A stretch of 64,000 bases of DNA, from contig MU058065.1 of the NCBI GenBank assembly GCA_013265495.1, forward strand, positions 5,702,302 through 5,766,301, written 5' to 3'. The position numbers and the translations under genes are program-made. Shown piece after piece: positions 1 through 13,000 of this stretch (position 1 is its first letter; every line of letters begins with the position of its first letter). The DNA comes from Vicugna vicugna. Taxonomy: Eukaryota. The notes under the pieces were generated by a model. It did not search any database and had not been told where the DNA came from. It saw only the letters and a list, made by a program, of their open reading frames with translations.

Positions 1-3000
1 CGGAAGGAGAGCGAGGCCACGTGGGGTTTCCCCCAGCGCTCCGTCTCTTCCTCCACGTCCTCCTCAAACTTGATCCAGCGGGCCGTCTCCCGCCAGTGGG
101 GCTCCTGGCTGCGGTCCAGCATCAGCTCGTTCAGCTCCACAAACACCTGGGGTGGGCGCCGAGGGTGAGGGCCTGGGGGCCACCAGGTGGGACCAGCTGT
201 CTTATGGACATTGTGATGGGGCCAGGCGAGGAGGGAGGGAAAGGGAAAGGGAAAGGAGAGGCGAGAGGAAGCCAAAAGTCCACCCCCTCAGGGTCCTGTA
301 CCTCATGAGGCCTCCGGTCCAGCTGCTTCTTCTTCTTCTTCCTGCGCAGGATGGGGGCCAGGCCACCAGGGCTGCCCCTCCCACCCTGCGTCCGAGATGG
401 CTTCTTCACCAGGTGCCGCCGCACACCAGGGTTGTCCTCCAGCCGGTGACCTGCAGAGAAGGTGGGCTTGGCGGTCCCAGGACTCCAGCTCAGGGCCTCA
501 GGGCCAGCCCCTCCAGCTCTGCCCAGCCAGCCTACTTGGGGGGTGGCCCACAGTCACCCAGGGGCCATGCCAACAAAACTACATCATCCAGCGTGGCCAT
601 TTCCTAGATAAGGAGACTGAGGCCCAGAGAGGGGAAAGGACTAGTCCACAGTCACATGGGGAACCACTGGCTAAGCCACAATAAAAATACAACCCCCAAC
701 TCAGTCCACAGCCCCTGCCACAACCACTGCTTCTCACTCTGCACTGCAGGGAGCCACGTTAAGTGGCCGGGCCCCGAGCCCGCGGCACTCTCCCTGCACC
801 CCCTCAGCACCCATGTCTCCCCCATGGGTACACCTCCAGGCAGACTCAGGCTGAGTTTCCCTCCCTTCTTCCCCATCTGCCCCTTTCAGGCTAGCAGCTG
901 TGGGGAGGCCAGCAGCCAAGTTACTCACAAGGCAGTCCCCCTGCCATGGGGCTCAGCTCGCCCCTGATGGATTCCCATAGGTCATAGTCCTCGAGGTCCA
1001 GCACAAACATCTCTAAGTCCTCTGAGGCCAGCGAGTCTCGAGGGCTAGGAGAGCTCCAGCCCTCAGCGTCCCCAGGCCCAGGGCTCAGTGCCCCATTGGC
1101 CTCTGTGACCTCCTCCAGCAGGCTTGTCATTCCTGGATGGCTGTGGCCTTGGCCCCTGCTCCCTCCCAGAGCCCTGGCTCTCTTGAGAGGTGGGAGCCTG
1201 GACAGGAGTGGTCTCTGTCCAACCAGAGCTGAAAGTGGCTGGGCCTCCCGATCCAGACTCCCCAGGTCCCCAAATCTGCTCCCTGCTGCTTCCAGCCCTG
1301 ACCTGGGTCTGTAAACACACCCTCCCTCTGACCCCACCACCATCCCACTGCCACCGCTGCTGCTGCTGCTGTCATCGGATTGTTCCTGTCCCTGTCCTCA
1401 GGCCCTGGCAACTTTCCATGACGTACTGAGCTCAAAGCCCTCCCCTGCACCCCCCACGCACAAAGTGGTTCCAAGGGGGAGGAGGGCGGGGTCAGTGATG
1501 CCCCTGGCCTGGGCACAGAGCCCCATGGGTGATGACAGGTGGCACAGAAACCAGGGCACTGATAAGATGGAAGGAATGTGCCGAGATCACAGCCAGGCGT
1601 GGCCAAGGGTGGTGTGGTGGGAGTGGGGGACCCTGACATAGGGAGATGCAGAGCCTAGAAGAGTGGTTTCAGACTCAGGGAGCTGGTTTGAAGTGGGTAA
1701 GCATTTGCCCCGAGAAGAAGAGCCTCAGGGGAGGGGGACACGATGATATCTCCAAACGTCACGTGGAAGAAGGGCTGCTGTATTCCGGGGGTGACTCAGA
1801 GGACACGATCAGGATGGAAGGGCAGAGGTGCAGTGTGGGGAACTCTCAGCTCTGGCACCCGAGGCGTGGCTTGGTGAAGTAGTGAGCTCCCTGTCACTGG
1901 CCACATTCCAGCAGAGAGGGATACTACAGAGGGGCTCAGCCCTGGGCTGGGGAGAGCACGGGGCCTCTCCAAGGTCTCTCACAGGCTGGGCACCCGTGGG
2001 AGTGGGCCGTGGGGGCTGCCACAGGATGTCACTCACTCTTCATGTCATCCAGATCGGCGGAGCCCAGCATCTGGGCCTCCGCCTCGTCAGTGGGCACCTG
2101 CTGCTCTGGGCCACCCAGGCTGCCCAGGGCACTGCCTGGGCACAGCCGCTCCCGCAGGTCATAGCTGGCCGATGGGCTCCAGGGCCGGCTCTTCTCTCCA
2201 GTGACTCGGGAGACACGGGCCCGGGGACTTGGGGAGCTGAGGAGGCAACATGGCAACCTTGGACTTGGCAGAGAACCTCCACAGACACGGGCCAGGTTAG
2301 GGGTTCTTCTGCCCTCTGTCAGAGACTAAACACAGGCTCCTCCTGGGCAGGAAAAAGCTCACTTTCACCTTCCCACCCCTGTCACACTGGTCCCCAGTTC
2401 CTCTCTGTCCCCTCTTCACCCAGACACCCTCACTCTCCTGGAAGACTCTTTCCCTGTCAGCCCTCTGGTTGTCTCCTTGTCAACTACCAGCACACCTCTT
2501 CCCACCTCCTCTACATCCTCTCCTCTCCTCCTCGCTTCTCTGGGGTTGGAACTGGGGACAGTCCTCAGGGTCAGGAAGGAGCCCGGGACCTGCTCCAGGC
2601 TGGGCCAGAGGCCAGTACCTGACCGAGTGCTGGGGGCTCTTGTCGGAACTCAGGCCCACTGACGGCAGCGAGGGCTTGGTGAAGGCAGCCCTCCCTGAGA
2701 GGCCGGGACTGTCATCCTCGTCACTTCCAATGGAAAACTGTGGATAAACCACACGTGCCCTGGGTCCCTGCCCCAACCCCCCAGGCAACCCCGCCTTGCC
2801 TGCCCCGCTCCCCCACTCCCCGCTGCTGTGGCCTCCCCCCCTCTCCGCACCCCTCCTTGAACAGCCAGCCCTCCTTCGGGTCAGATCCTACCTTTGCTTT
2901 TGGTGGGGACCCTGAGGGTGGGGGCTCCATGGGTTCTGCCTCAGATTCCCCTTCCTCTTCCTCCTCCTCTTCCTCCTCCTCATCCACTCCGGCTCCCCCC

Positions 3001-4322
3001 TCCTCCTGGATGGGAGGGGTCCCCTCAGAGGGAGGAGCAGAGGTTTTTTCCTTCTTTCTCTTCCTCCTGGTTTGCCGGGCAGAGGTGGGGGGCAGTCGCC
3101 GCAGCTTGTGGGGTGGAGGCAGGCGCGCCGAGAGCGGGTGGTGGGTATGGTGGGATGTGTGCCGGTGAACTGAGGGTGCAGGAGAGCCTGTTGGGACCCC
3201 TACAGCAGAAGAGGGCCCCTTGCCACCCTAGTGGCACACACCTTATTCTAGCTCAAGGCCTCAAACAAGTGCACCCTAGTCCTTCCTCTAGAGCCAGGCT
3301 CCCCCCAACACCTGTGTCTGTGTCCTGTCATTGATAAGGCCTGGGAGAGTAGGGGGATGGAGCGATGGAGAGGGGAGGTCATGGTGGGGATGGGGGGACA
3401 TGATACAGCGAAGAAAGGGAAGGTAAAGTCAGCAGAGCTCAGAAAGGGAGGGGAGGTGGCAGACAGAAGAAAGCAAGGCCAGAGGTATGACAGAGCCTTA
3501 GAGAAGATGAAGGTCACCAAGGGAGGCCTCAGGCCCATCTCTCTACATCTCCCCTATGTCTGGGGCCCAGCGCCCCTGGCAGGCAGACAGGTGATGGGTG
3601 AGTGAGGCAGGATGACTTAACATGGCATGGTGGCCCAGCACAGCGTCCAGCACAGCATCCAGCATAAGATGGCACCGGGTGACCAAGCCAGTGGAGAGCA
3701 CGGTGATGGTGGCAATGAAGGTGATGGTGGTGAGGGCGGCCACACTAGGGGTCCCCAGGCTACCCACACTCAAAGTCCCGCTCGCTGTAGCTGCGGCTGG
3801 GCTTCTCGGGGTCCCAGGCCGGGGGCTTGCTGATGAGGTCCCCAAACCTGCTCACAGCCAAGGTCTTGCCCAAGTCATCGTCCTCCTCCTCCATGTCTGG
3901 GCTCAGAGGGGGCTCCTCCAAGGGCACCCGGACCTGTAGACTCAGACAGACTCTCCTAAGGACACTTGACCCATGTACGCCCCACACCCACCCCAACTCC
4001 AAGCCGTGGGTGGGGATAGGGGAGCCAAACTCCATCTTCTACTCCCTGTGCCCCAAGCTGATGTCAACCTCCCAGGCCCCCAGGGCTTGGAAGGAGTGGG
4101 GGCAACAGATCCAAAAAATACCAAAAGACCCCTTCTTTCTCCATATTCCCCGCCTAGTTCCAACTCTGGATGGGGGGGTGGGGGGGCGGCCAGGGTCGAC
4201 CAGAAGACGCCCCTCTCCTCCATGAAGTCCCCTCCCCCTCCTCTTCTCCCACCCCCGCGAGCGTCAGTCACCTGGGGGAGGGGGGAGGCGCCCCCGGGCG
4301 GCGGGATCACTCCGTTGGCCAT
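1..4322 (-). CDS. SLC4A3: Anion exchange protein 3 (AE3), brain/full-length isoform, 5' part; the gene continues off the left edge
   Basis: Coding exons (GT-AG, phases consistent): 4322-4272, 3933-3768, 3169-2892, 2737-2619, 2236-2037, 450-302, 146-<1. They splice to [26 protein letters not shown]...RDFEFHRHTSHH...FSIGSDEDD...[25 protein letters not shown]...[39 protein letters not shown], the AE3 N-terminus. Confidence 0.97.
929..1130 (-). CDS. SLC4A3: Alternative first coding exon of the cardiac AE3 (cAE3) isoform
   Basis: ATG at 1130 gives [24 protein letters not shown]...[33 protein letters not shown], ending at a GTGAGT donor after 929. Its 202 nt (phase 1) splice in frame to exon 450-302 (C-HRLEDNPG). 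Matches the recalled cAE3-specific N-terminus within intron 6. Confidence 0.85.
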
Positions 4323-5060
4323 GTCCGGAGAGGCGGTTTGGGAGGCTCTGACTCACTGAGGGATCCGTGACCCGGGTGAGAAGAAGGGGGCGCTGACGGG
4401 ACCTAGTGGGGAGCTCTGGGGGAGGAGGGCGGGGTCAAGAATCTCGCGCGGCCGCCCCCTCCCCCTCCCCCTCCCCGGAGCCGGATCTCCCGCCCTCTCG
4501 TGCGCCCATCGAGGTCCCGCCACGCCCGGGACATCCCCGGGCCCGGCCCGCCGCGCCCTGCACCGCCCTGCGGTACCTCGGGGGCCCGGAGCGTGCAGGA
4601 CCCGAGCCGGCCGCCGCGCCTCATCTCCCTCCCGCACTCGCTCCGGGGCCTGTCACTGCGCAGGGCCGGACGGCCGGGGGCCGCCCGCGGCCGCGGCGAG
4701 CCAGGGGCGCCAGGCGGACGCAGGCGCCGGAGCCCGCACCCCGCGGCTCCACCTCCTCGCGCTCGGCTCCGCTGCTCCGCCGCCGCCGCCGCCGCCGCCG
4801 CAGCCGCAGCCGCCGGGCCGCACAATGGGAGCGGGCGGGCGTTGACTCACCCCGCCCCGGCCGGCCCGGCCCCCACGCGCGGGCCCCCGCAGGACCCCAC
4901 CTGTCCCGCAGCCCCTTTTCCGGCGCTCCACGCGTTGCCGGGGGCGGGTGCGCCGCCCTCCACTCCCACAATCCCCAGATTCACGCACCACCTTGCTTTT
5001 AGCTTCCCCTCCCCGCAAGAGCCCTGGAGGCGACCCCTCCACAGACGCCAGCCCCGCCAG
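4180..5060. promoter_or_regulatory. CpG island / promoter and non-coding first exon of SLC4A3
   Basis: Very GC- and CpG-rich stretch around and upstream of the SLC4A3 start codon, with GC boxes; acceptor of the first coding exon at 4415. Confidence 0.8.
4777..4815. repeat. (CCG)8 trinucleotide repeat followed by CAGCCG units
   Basis: Directly visible at 4777-4800 and adjacent bases. Confidence 0.9.
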
Positions 5061-5699
5061 CCTTGGGAACTGAGCTCACAGACCCGGGGAAGCACCCACC
5101 ACCTGTCCCTTCAGTCCGAATACAGCCCCAGATGTCCAGCTTCTACCACCAGGCACCACCCAACGTTTGACCTTGGCACGTTACCTCCCCTCCCTGGGCC
5201 TGGGTTTCCCCATCGTAGCCAGCGGGGTCTGGGGAAAAAGTGTTCCAGAGTTCTATCCAGCACTAAGCTTCTGTGGCTCAGTTTTCACACGCCTTCTCCA
5301 CCTCTCCGGACCCTGAGGTCATGTCCTCTTTTCCAAGGGCAAAGGTCTTTGGAATGAAAGACCAGAGCCCTATTTGACCCTTTGGGGTCTCGCTGAAACT
5401 GGGCACCTAGCATAATGCCATGTCTATAACAGGCCCTCGATAATACCTGTTGAAGCCACAACCCTAAATCCTCAGAACATAGGAGGGTGTCTGGGGAGAA
5501 CCCAGGATGGAGCTGAGGGCAGGGGAGGGTGAAAGCGGCCAGGCCAGGCTCAGGAGAGAGAAATCAACTCCTGGGGAGGGGGACAGGGTGATGGGCACCA
5601 GGGGTTCCGTCTGGGGAAGAGGCTTAACCCTATGACCTTGGGCATGTAATTTACCCTCTCCCAGCCCTGCCCTTACCTGGGTCTCAGCTCAACCCATCC

Positions 5700-6006
5700 T
5701 GGGTGGAGTGGGCTCCTTTCCCAGAATGAATGGTGTCCTTATAAAAAGGGGAAATATGGGCACAGACGTACTCGGGGAAAACAACATGTGAAGATTGGAG
5801 TGATGCTGCCCCAAGCCCAGAAGCTACCAGAACGTGGGAGCAAGGCCTGGAACAGATCCTTCCCTAATGCCTTTGGAGGGAACACGGCCTTACTGGCATC
5901 TTGATCTCCGACTTCCAGTCTCCAGACCTGGGAGACAATAAATTTGTGTTGTCTAAGCCACTCTGTTCGTGGAATTTTGTTATGGTGGCCCCAGCACATG
6001 AATGCA
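5700..6006 (+). mobile_element. MaLR LTR (MLT1-type) fragment
   Basis: Diagnostic motifs: GGTGTCCTTATAAAAAGG, GGCCTGGAACAGATCCTTCCCT, ACAATAAATTTGTGTTGTCTAAGCCAC...TTTGTTATGG. Confidence 0.8.
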
Positions 6007-6462
6007 CGTCCCAGTCCCTTATCACTCTGAGCCAGGTAACTCAGTTCCGAGTTGAGCCTTGAATTCCCCAGTTGGAAACATTTCTGAGGGCTCTGGCCTT
6101 CAGTTTACCTTTGATACCTTGGTCTTGCTCATGGCCCTAGTCCCTTTCTTTTAGCCAGTAAAATCAGACAGGCGGTCCTTTCATACCAAGACAGCCTGGG
6201 GAGAGTCGTGCCAACCTGGGCCCTGGACACTGATGCCCAAGGGCATCACACAACTCATCCCTCTGAGGCCCCACCTTCCCCAGGGAACACAATGAGCACA
6301 TGTTTCCCACTCAGATCTCCTGGCATCCGAGAGGCTTTTCCTCACTGTCCCACTGCCTCCAGTGCACCTGTAATTGTCAGTCTCCTGTAGAGTGTTCCCA
6401 ATGGGGTCTTCATTCCCGTGACAAAAGAGTGCTCCTTGAATGCACAAAGAATGACCACTCTT

Positions 6463-6518
6463 TGTGTGTGTGCGCGCGCGCGCGTGTGCGTGTGCGCGCG
6501 CGCACATGCGCATGCGTG
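6463..6518. repeat. 56-bp perfect alternating pyrimidine-purine tract, (TG)n(CG)n mix
   Basis: tgtgtgtgtgcgcgcgcgcgcgtgtgcgtgtgcgcgcgcgcacatgcgcatgcgtg. Confidence 0.9.
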
Positions 6519-6929
6519 GTGGAGGTTTTGGTGCCCAGTTATAGAAGATAGACACTCTGGCAGTGTGACTGATCATTATTCTCAGCTCTCTCTTCCTCCC
6601 CAAAGTACCACCTAATATTCATTATTCCCTTTAATAAATTCCTTTCCAGCTTAGAGTAGCTGTTGTTTGCAGCTCGGCATCCTGACTGATACAATCAGAG
6701 AGATGGGCTCTGAGTCCAGGGCACAGGCTGAGTGGGCACCAGGCATTAGTGGTACCAATATCAGGGAGCTGGGAGAGAGCAAGTGAATGAGCATCCTATT
6801 AGCAGGCCCGGGTAGCCCCTACCTCTCTTATTCTTACATCATTCCTCACCATCTCCATCTTTTAGTCCTAAAGATAACAATCATGATCATGCCACTACCT
6901 TAAATTTAGGTAGAAACCATTTTGATATT

Positions 6930-7090
6930 CATGAGCACACAACAACCCCCTGAGACAGAGCATCTTAATCCCATTTGACAGGTGAGAAAAATGAGGCTCA
7001 GAAAGTTTGTGACTTGCCCAAGGTCCAAGGCTGGTAGGCAGCATAGTGGAGAATTGAACCCAAGGGCTTCTGGCTTCATGTCTAATGTTT
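6930..7090 (-). mobile_element. MIR SINE (one of many MIR/L2 relics, e.g. also ~28290-28530, 46630-46810, 52600-52830, 53860-54050)
   Basis: MIR core CCCATTT..CAG.TGAGAAAA.TGAGGCTCAGA..G....GTGACTTGCCCAAGGTC. Confidence 0.7.
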
Positions 7091-10000
7091 AGCCTCATAT
7101 ACTACAGTGCTCCCTGTCCCCTCAACCATGCCTTGATGCCCTCCCGCAAGTGTTAAACTTTCCATGCCATGAGCATAAACTGAAACATACCACTCACTTC
7201 CCGAATTTCTAAGGAGGCTCCTAGAAGCCAAAGGGGGAGTGATTAAGAAGCACAAGTTCATAGCCCAGCTCTGTCATTGATAATTGCATGACCATGAGCA
7301 AGTTGTTTACCCTCTATGGGCCTCAGATTCCCTATCTGCAAAATGGCAATAAAAACAGGGTTGTTGAGAGGCTGACATGATTTCATCCACGTGAGACACT
7401 TAGAACAGCGCCTGGCACGTAGGAAGTGCTCAGCAAATGTCAGCTGGTATCAATACTACTACAAATGGAAGAGCCGCAGAAGCCCTCGGGTAACTTGCAA
7501 TTTGAAAAATGATAAAATGTACACACACGAAATAAGTGGAAGCTGGCTTACATCTCAAAGGGCAGTAAGTCTTCCTGCCAAATTGAAGATCCCAGCCATG
7601 CCAATTCAAAGACAGAAAGATCCAGGACAGCTTTACCTCCACCAGGGTAGATTCTGACGGTACTTGGCCAATGGACCAATCTTTGCATTTGTAATCCTAA
7701 CTTGGCAAGCTGAAGAGTTTCTGGAAGACAGTAGGGTGTGGGTTCAGGTAACCCCAGGTTGTCACTTAGACTGGCCTGGAATTCCCTCTTGCCATCTTCT
7801 CCCTGCTCCCCAGAACAGAGCACCCAGTGGCATATGCTGTTGTTGACTGGACTTGTGGTGAGTAAGACCTTATTTTACGAGAGAAGTAACATGGCTTTGA
7901 GAAAGAGACCAGATTCTGGAGTCAGAGATGCTATATATAAATACCAGCTCGATGCTTGGCACAGAATAGGTGCTCAATAAATGTCATTCTTCTTATTTGC
8001 TATTGTTGTTACTCTGCCGTGGTTTATGTCGTCATAATCTATGTGTCCCTCGGTAAACCTGGACTCAGCTTTGAAACAGACCCAATCCCAGGACAGCATG
8101 GCCTACATCTGAAGGTTCTCTCACCCCTCTGGGGAGCCTACCTTTAAGCTCCAGAGATTCAGTTCATTTGTGCTAGGATGACATTTTGACATGAGTCTGG
8201 GTCCTTTCACTCTCCTCCTCCAACCCCACCGGAGCAGGTAGCCTGCTTTGGCTTTTGTTGTTTGAGGGGAATGGGTGGGATAGAAAGCTAGCAAGCCTTT
8301 CTGCTTTTCTTCATGCAGAGCCAAAGTCTCAGGAAATCTAGGAAGGTTTGCAGAGGAGGAAAAAGAAAGTGTTTGCAAGACCCGCACTGTCTTGACCAGA
8401 AGCTAGGGAGAAGGTGGAAGAGTCACCCCTTGCCCTCCCCAATCAGCAAAGAAGAAGGAGTTTCCCTCCAAGATGGGAGGGAAGGGTGAGATCAGGGGAG
8501 CCCTACCAACCCCTTGGGATGGGGGCTTGAAATAAAAGGTGTTTTGAAAATCTAACAGTTTAGGCACTCGCAAGTGTGTAACCAAGATCCACACATTCAC
8601 TCTACACTCTACCAGTGCCAGGTGTTGGATATACATCAGTGAAAAAAACTTGACATGGTCCCTACCCTTGGGCAGCTTACAGACTACAAACAAGCAAAGA
8701 CATAAATTTATAATTATGAAATCTGGCAAGCGCCATAGGGGGAGAGCACGTTTACAGGGAACATTCAGGTTGCATAGTTAAAGATGTGAGCTGTAAGGAG
8801 GGGACAATTAAGCAAGGACCTGAAGGGTACAAAAGAATTAGCCATGCACTGAGGGGTGGGTTGGGGAAGCAGGAGAGGGGCCAGCATTCCGGGCAGAAGG
8901 AAGAGCTCAGGAAAGGCCCCCTGCTGGAAAGAACGGGACCTGCATGGGTATTTGGGGGCTGAGGATCTCAATGGTGTTTTTCGGGTAGGATGTGGTATCC
9001 CTGGAACCTGGTACCACAAAGGGACAGATTTAAAAAACTAGAGGCTGAACCAGGGTGGGCATTTTAGAAGATCTAAGAGGCAATACGGCTTCAGGGAAAG
9101 AGAAACAGGGCCCCAGCCTCCCCTTGGTGAGAATCCCCTTTCTTAAGAGCCTCAGCTTTCTCACCTGTGAAGTAGAGATCACATTTTCCCTTTAGAGTTG
9201 TACCGAGTGCAGTCATGTCAATGAAATGATTGGTACAAAGTAGATGCTCCAAAATGGCCATTACGATGCTCACCTCCTACTGAAATCTTTCCCATCCTCC
9301 TGACCCAGCTCCAAGGTGCCTTTTCCCACCACCTCCCTGGGCAGTAAGCTCCCCAAGAGCCAGAGCATATCTGGTTTATCCCTACCTCCCACCCGTCTTC
9401 TCACAGAGAGCCTGGCACACTTTAAGAGCTCAATAATGTCTGTGGCATTGAAGGCGAGTGCACAAGTAATTATAGTAACTAATAAACTGAGAAATGTTTT
9501 TGTGGAGGGCATAGAAGTCACTGAGTCCGAGATGATCAAGTGACCGAGGATAGGCCAAGAAAACACATGCCATGGCCTGTTCGCACCCCCGGAAGTGTCT
9601 GGGGTTGCCTCGGAAGCACCCTGGAGAAACAGCCACTCATAAACACACGGGCAGTGAGATGCACGCTATCCCTCTCTGGTTACAGAGGGCATCTCTAGGC
9701 AACAAAGCAGGTTGTAATAACTAACAGGCAGAGGGTTTTTTTTTAAACCAGCATTTATTTAACACTTTCTGGTTCACACGGTGCTTCCGTGTACATCATT
9801 GCGCTCAACAATTTTGTGAGCTGGATATGTCATTGATTGGTCTCATCCCTCACTGGAGACGAAGGAGCCACAGAGCAGCAAGGGCATGTTCTTGCCTGTG
9901 GTTAAAGAGCGAGATGCAAAACTAAGGCATAATCTTTGGAATCTAAATCTCCTGTGCCTCTTCCTCTATGACCGTCACACACACTGACTCTTGAATAGGT

Positions 10001-13000
10001 AAACGCGAAATACTGCATGCCCCCAGAGATAGGCGAAGCAGCCACACAGAACTGTGGCTGAATTTCAGCCACAGCTAACCAATCTGGGCCAGGTCTTCTT
10101 AGAAGCTACCGCAGCATCCTGGTAAAGGAGGAGGAAGGATGTCACCCCTCACTCCACGTGAAATGACCCATCAGAGACACACTTCCTGCTGAGAAAGAGG
10201 GATGGGTCTTCAAGCTCACCTGCTCCCCTTCTTTCTAAGTCTTAGGAATCAAGACTTATACCACTCAGTTTGGCCAATAACCCCCACCCAGGACCTTATA
10301 TAAATTTTTAATATAATTTTTGAATCATAATACATTGAGAGTTTTAATATCTTTTTCATCTAAAAAGTAAAAATACAACCCTCAATACCACCCCCTCCCT
10401 CTTCTGCCTTGTTCTCATCTTCATCCCTCACCACCAATATCTGTTTATTCCCTCCAGAATCTGTTCACAGAAAGAGAAGCAAATGTGAATATATATTTTG
10501 CCCCCTCCCACCTTGTTTCTACAGAAAATGTAGCATAATGCTGTTAAGTACAGTTTCAGGGAGTGAATCCTGTCCCTCCACTGCCTCAGGCCTCCACTGC
10601 CAGCAAGCCCAAGGCCAGACAGGCGATCGATAAGCACTCGTTCGAGGGGAAAGGCCAGAATGAGCGGACAGATTGATCTCTGGGGTCAGTCCAGGGTATG
10701 GAAGGCAAGTCCTGCTGACGGACATCTGTGCACAAGTGTCAGAGGCAGAGCAGCCCCAGTAGCTCAGAGGGTCTGAGAAGGAGGTGCGCCCTGGCACCTC
10801 CCCTGGGTGAGGTGCAGAGCTGAAGGTCAGACACTCCCAGGAGTGGTAATGACCTGGGCAGGCAACACCAGCATCTCTGTCTTCTGGCTCACCAAACAAA
10901 GAGCACCTGCAGGACAAAGGGTGCAGCGGACTTCGTTGAATTGTTACAGAAAACAGATTTGTGCCCAGAGATTTCAAGCACAAGGAAATAGCAGAAGCTC
11001 CTCTCCAACTGCCCCAGCCTCACACCACTTTCTAGATCATCCTAAAATGACTGGAGATTATTCTATCCGACCAGGCTGACTGTGACCTGGTGGGGCTTCT
11101 GGGAATGTGGTTGTAAACGGGCTCAGCCTCCATGAAAGGGACCTCTGGGCCAGAGGTTGGGGAAGGCCATCTCAGGACCAGCTCTGGCTCTTGTTTGCAG
11201 ATGGTGCAAGATCATTGATCGGGGAGCGGGTTGGGGTGGGGGTGGAGGGTTGCACACTGCCAAGAAAGTGGACTAATATTTTTGGGAAGTTTTAATTTGC
11301 TTCAATTAAAAATTCAGGCCAGCTCCAAGCAAAACAGAAGTAGGTGAACTTATTTCCTGAACCTCTACACCATCCTTTCTGGGCCTCTCCACCCTTCTGC
11401 AGGCCTGTCACTGAGGGACCTCCACCCTGGCCAGAACTTCCCAACTGGCCAGTTCCAAGATTCACCCCGTTTCCTCCCTACTCTCCCACTAGACCAGACC
11501 AAGGCCTTGCTAGGGAGGAGACAGAGAAACCATCTGGCTCCAAGAGACAGGAGAAACACTATTTCTGGGGCCTCAGCGCCAGCCTTCCAGGGATGGGTCA
11601 CATTTATGCACTAAGGGCTCTTTTCTTGAGCTTACTGGCTCTGTATCTTATGATCAAAGGAACATGAGAAACATTTGGGAAGATAAGACGCTTTATAAAC
11701 AATGCATGGAACATAGTAAGGACGCACTGAGCCATAGATGTTAGATTATGACCTTCACCATTATTTAGGGGTGTTCCTCTATAAATCTTCAATGGAGACT
11801 TAAATACTGGCCTCACCACTCCCTCCCCCTCAGTCCTGGCTCAGAGAGAGTAGCTGTTTCGTGGGAGTAGTAGTTTATGAGCCACTGGGGAACCTCTCCC
11901 GCCTTGACATATGGTCTAATGGGCTCTGCGGCAGGACCTGCGTCCTATCAATCTCTGTCAGGTGAAGGAATAAATACATTCATCCATTCAGGGAATTTAT
12001 TAATGAGTACATAATGCACGTGCTTCAGGATAGGAACAATGCTGCCTTACATGGAGGTCAGAAAGGGCAGAGTTGCCAAGAGTGCGCCCTAACCACCTAG
12101 CACCTTCTCCCACCGGGAACCCATCAGTTCTTTTCCCTCCTTAAATCCAGGGACCTTGATGTGGTACTTTGAGTCCTTCATGAGGGCCTGACCTCCAGTG
12201 GCACTGATTCTTTCCCACATGGTTCCATCCTCTCAGGGCCCAGAGTTTGCAGAGGGCTGGCTGGGTCAAGGTTAGACAGGACTCCAGGAGAATTTAGGTC
12301 TTCTCCAGCCTCCTACAACCACCCTCCCTGCAGGAGGCCCCACGTTGGACTTCCCCAGAACGAAGCTTTACAGTGAGACCTGACCAAGTTATCAGAACAT
12401 ACCCCTCTCCCAGGAACCCTGAGTCGAAGGACTTCTAATAGGGGGAAGGAGTCACCCCCCAGACCACCATGAAAGAACTACTTCCCTTCCCCTCTAGAGC
12501 CACACCTTCCAAACCCTCAATGTTGACCATCCCAATGGTAAGAAATAGGAATTCCAGAAACACAGTGGTCCCTGAAGTTCAAGTATGCAAAAATAAAACT
12601 TTTTTCTGTATAACTCAACTTTCTCCTTGTAATAGGTGCCCATTTCTAACCAACAGAAGAGTTAGCCTGGTAACATTCAAGTAAACTCTTCCCAATCAGT
12701 GACTGAAACTCAATGAATTTAAGTCTAATTCGATCACATCCGCATTTAGGGGCTGGGCCTCTCCCACTCCCCTGCAGTGGACCTTCACACTCTCCAGCAG
12801 CCTCTCAAGTGGCCTCCAGGCCCCACCGTGGGCCCACAGGCTCTTCTGGGCCACCTCCCTTCTCCCTGCAAGAGAGATATGGGCAAGTGTCACCAATCAT
12901 ATCCTGCCAGGTCCTTCTGAACTGCCATAGCTCCAGTTGCCCTGGTGGCATGCGGCACATCTGACAGGTCACTGTCCTCCCTAATCCCACACAGGGAGCA

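Noticed and set aside
4403..5357. Multiple long ORFs with poly-Ala or poly-Arg tracts around the SLC4A3 promoter
   Set aside because: These arise from stop-poor CpG-island and CCG-repeat sequence; there is no recognisable protein.
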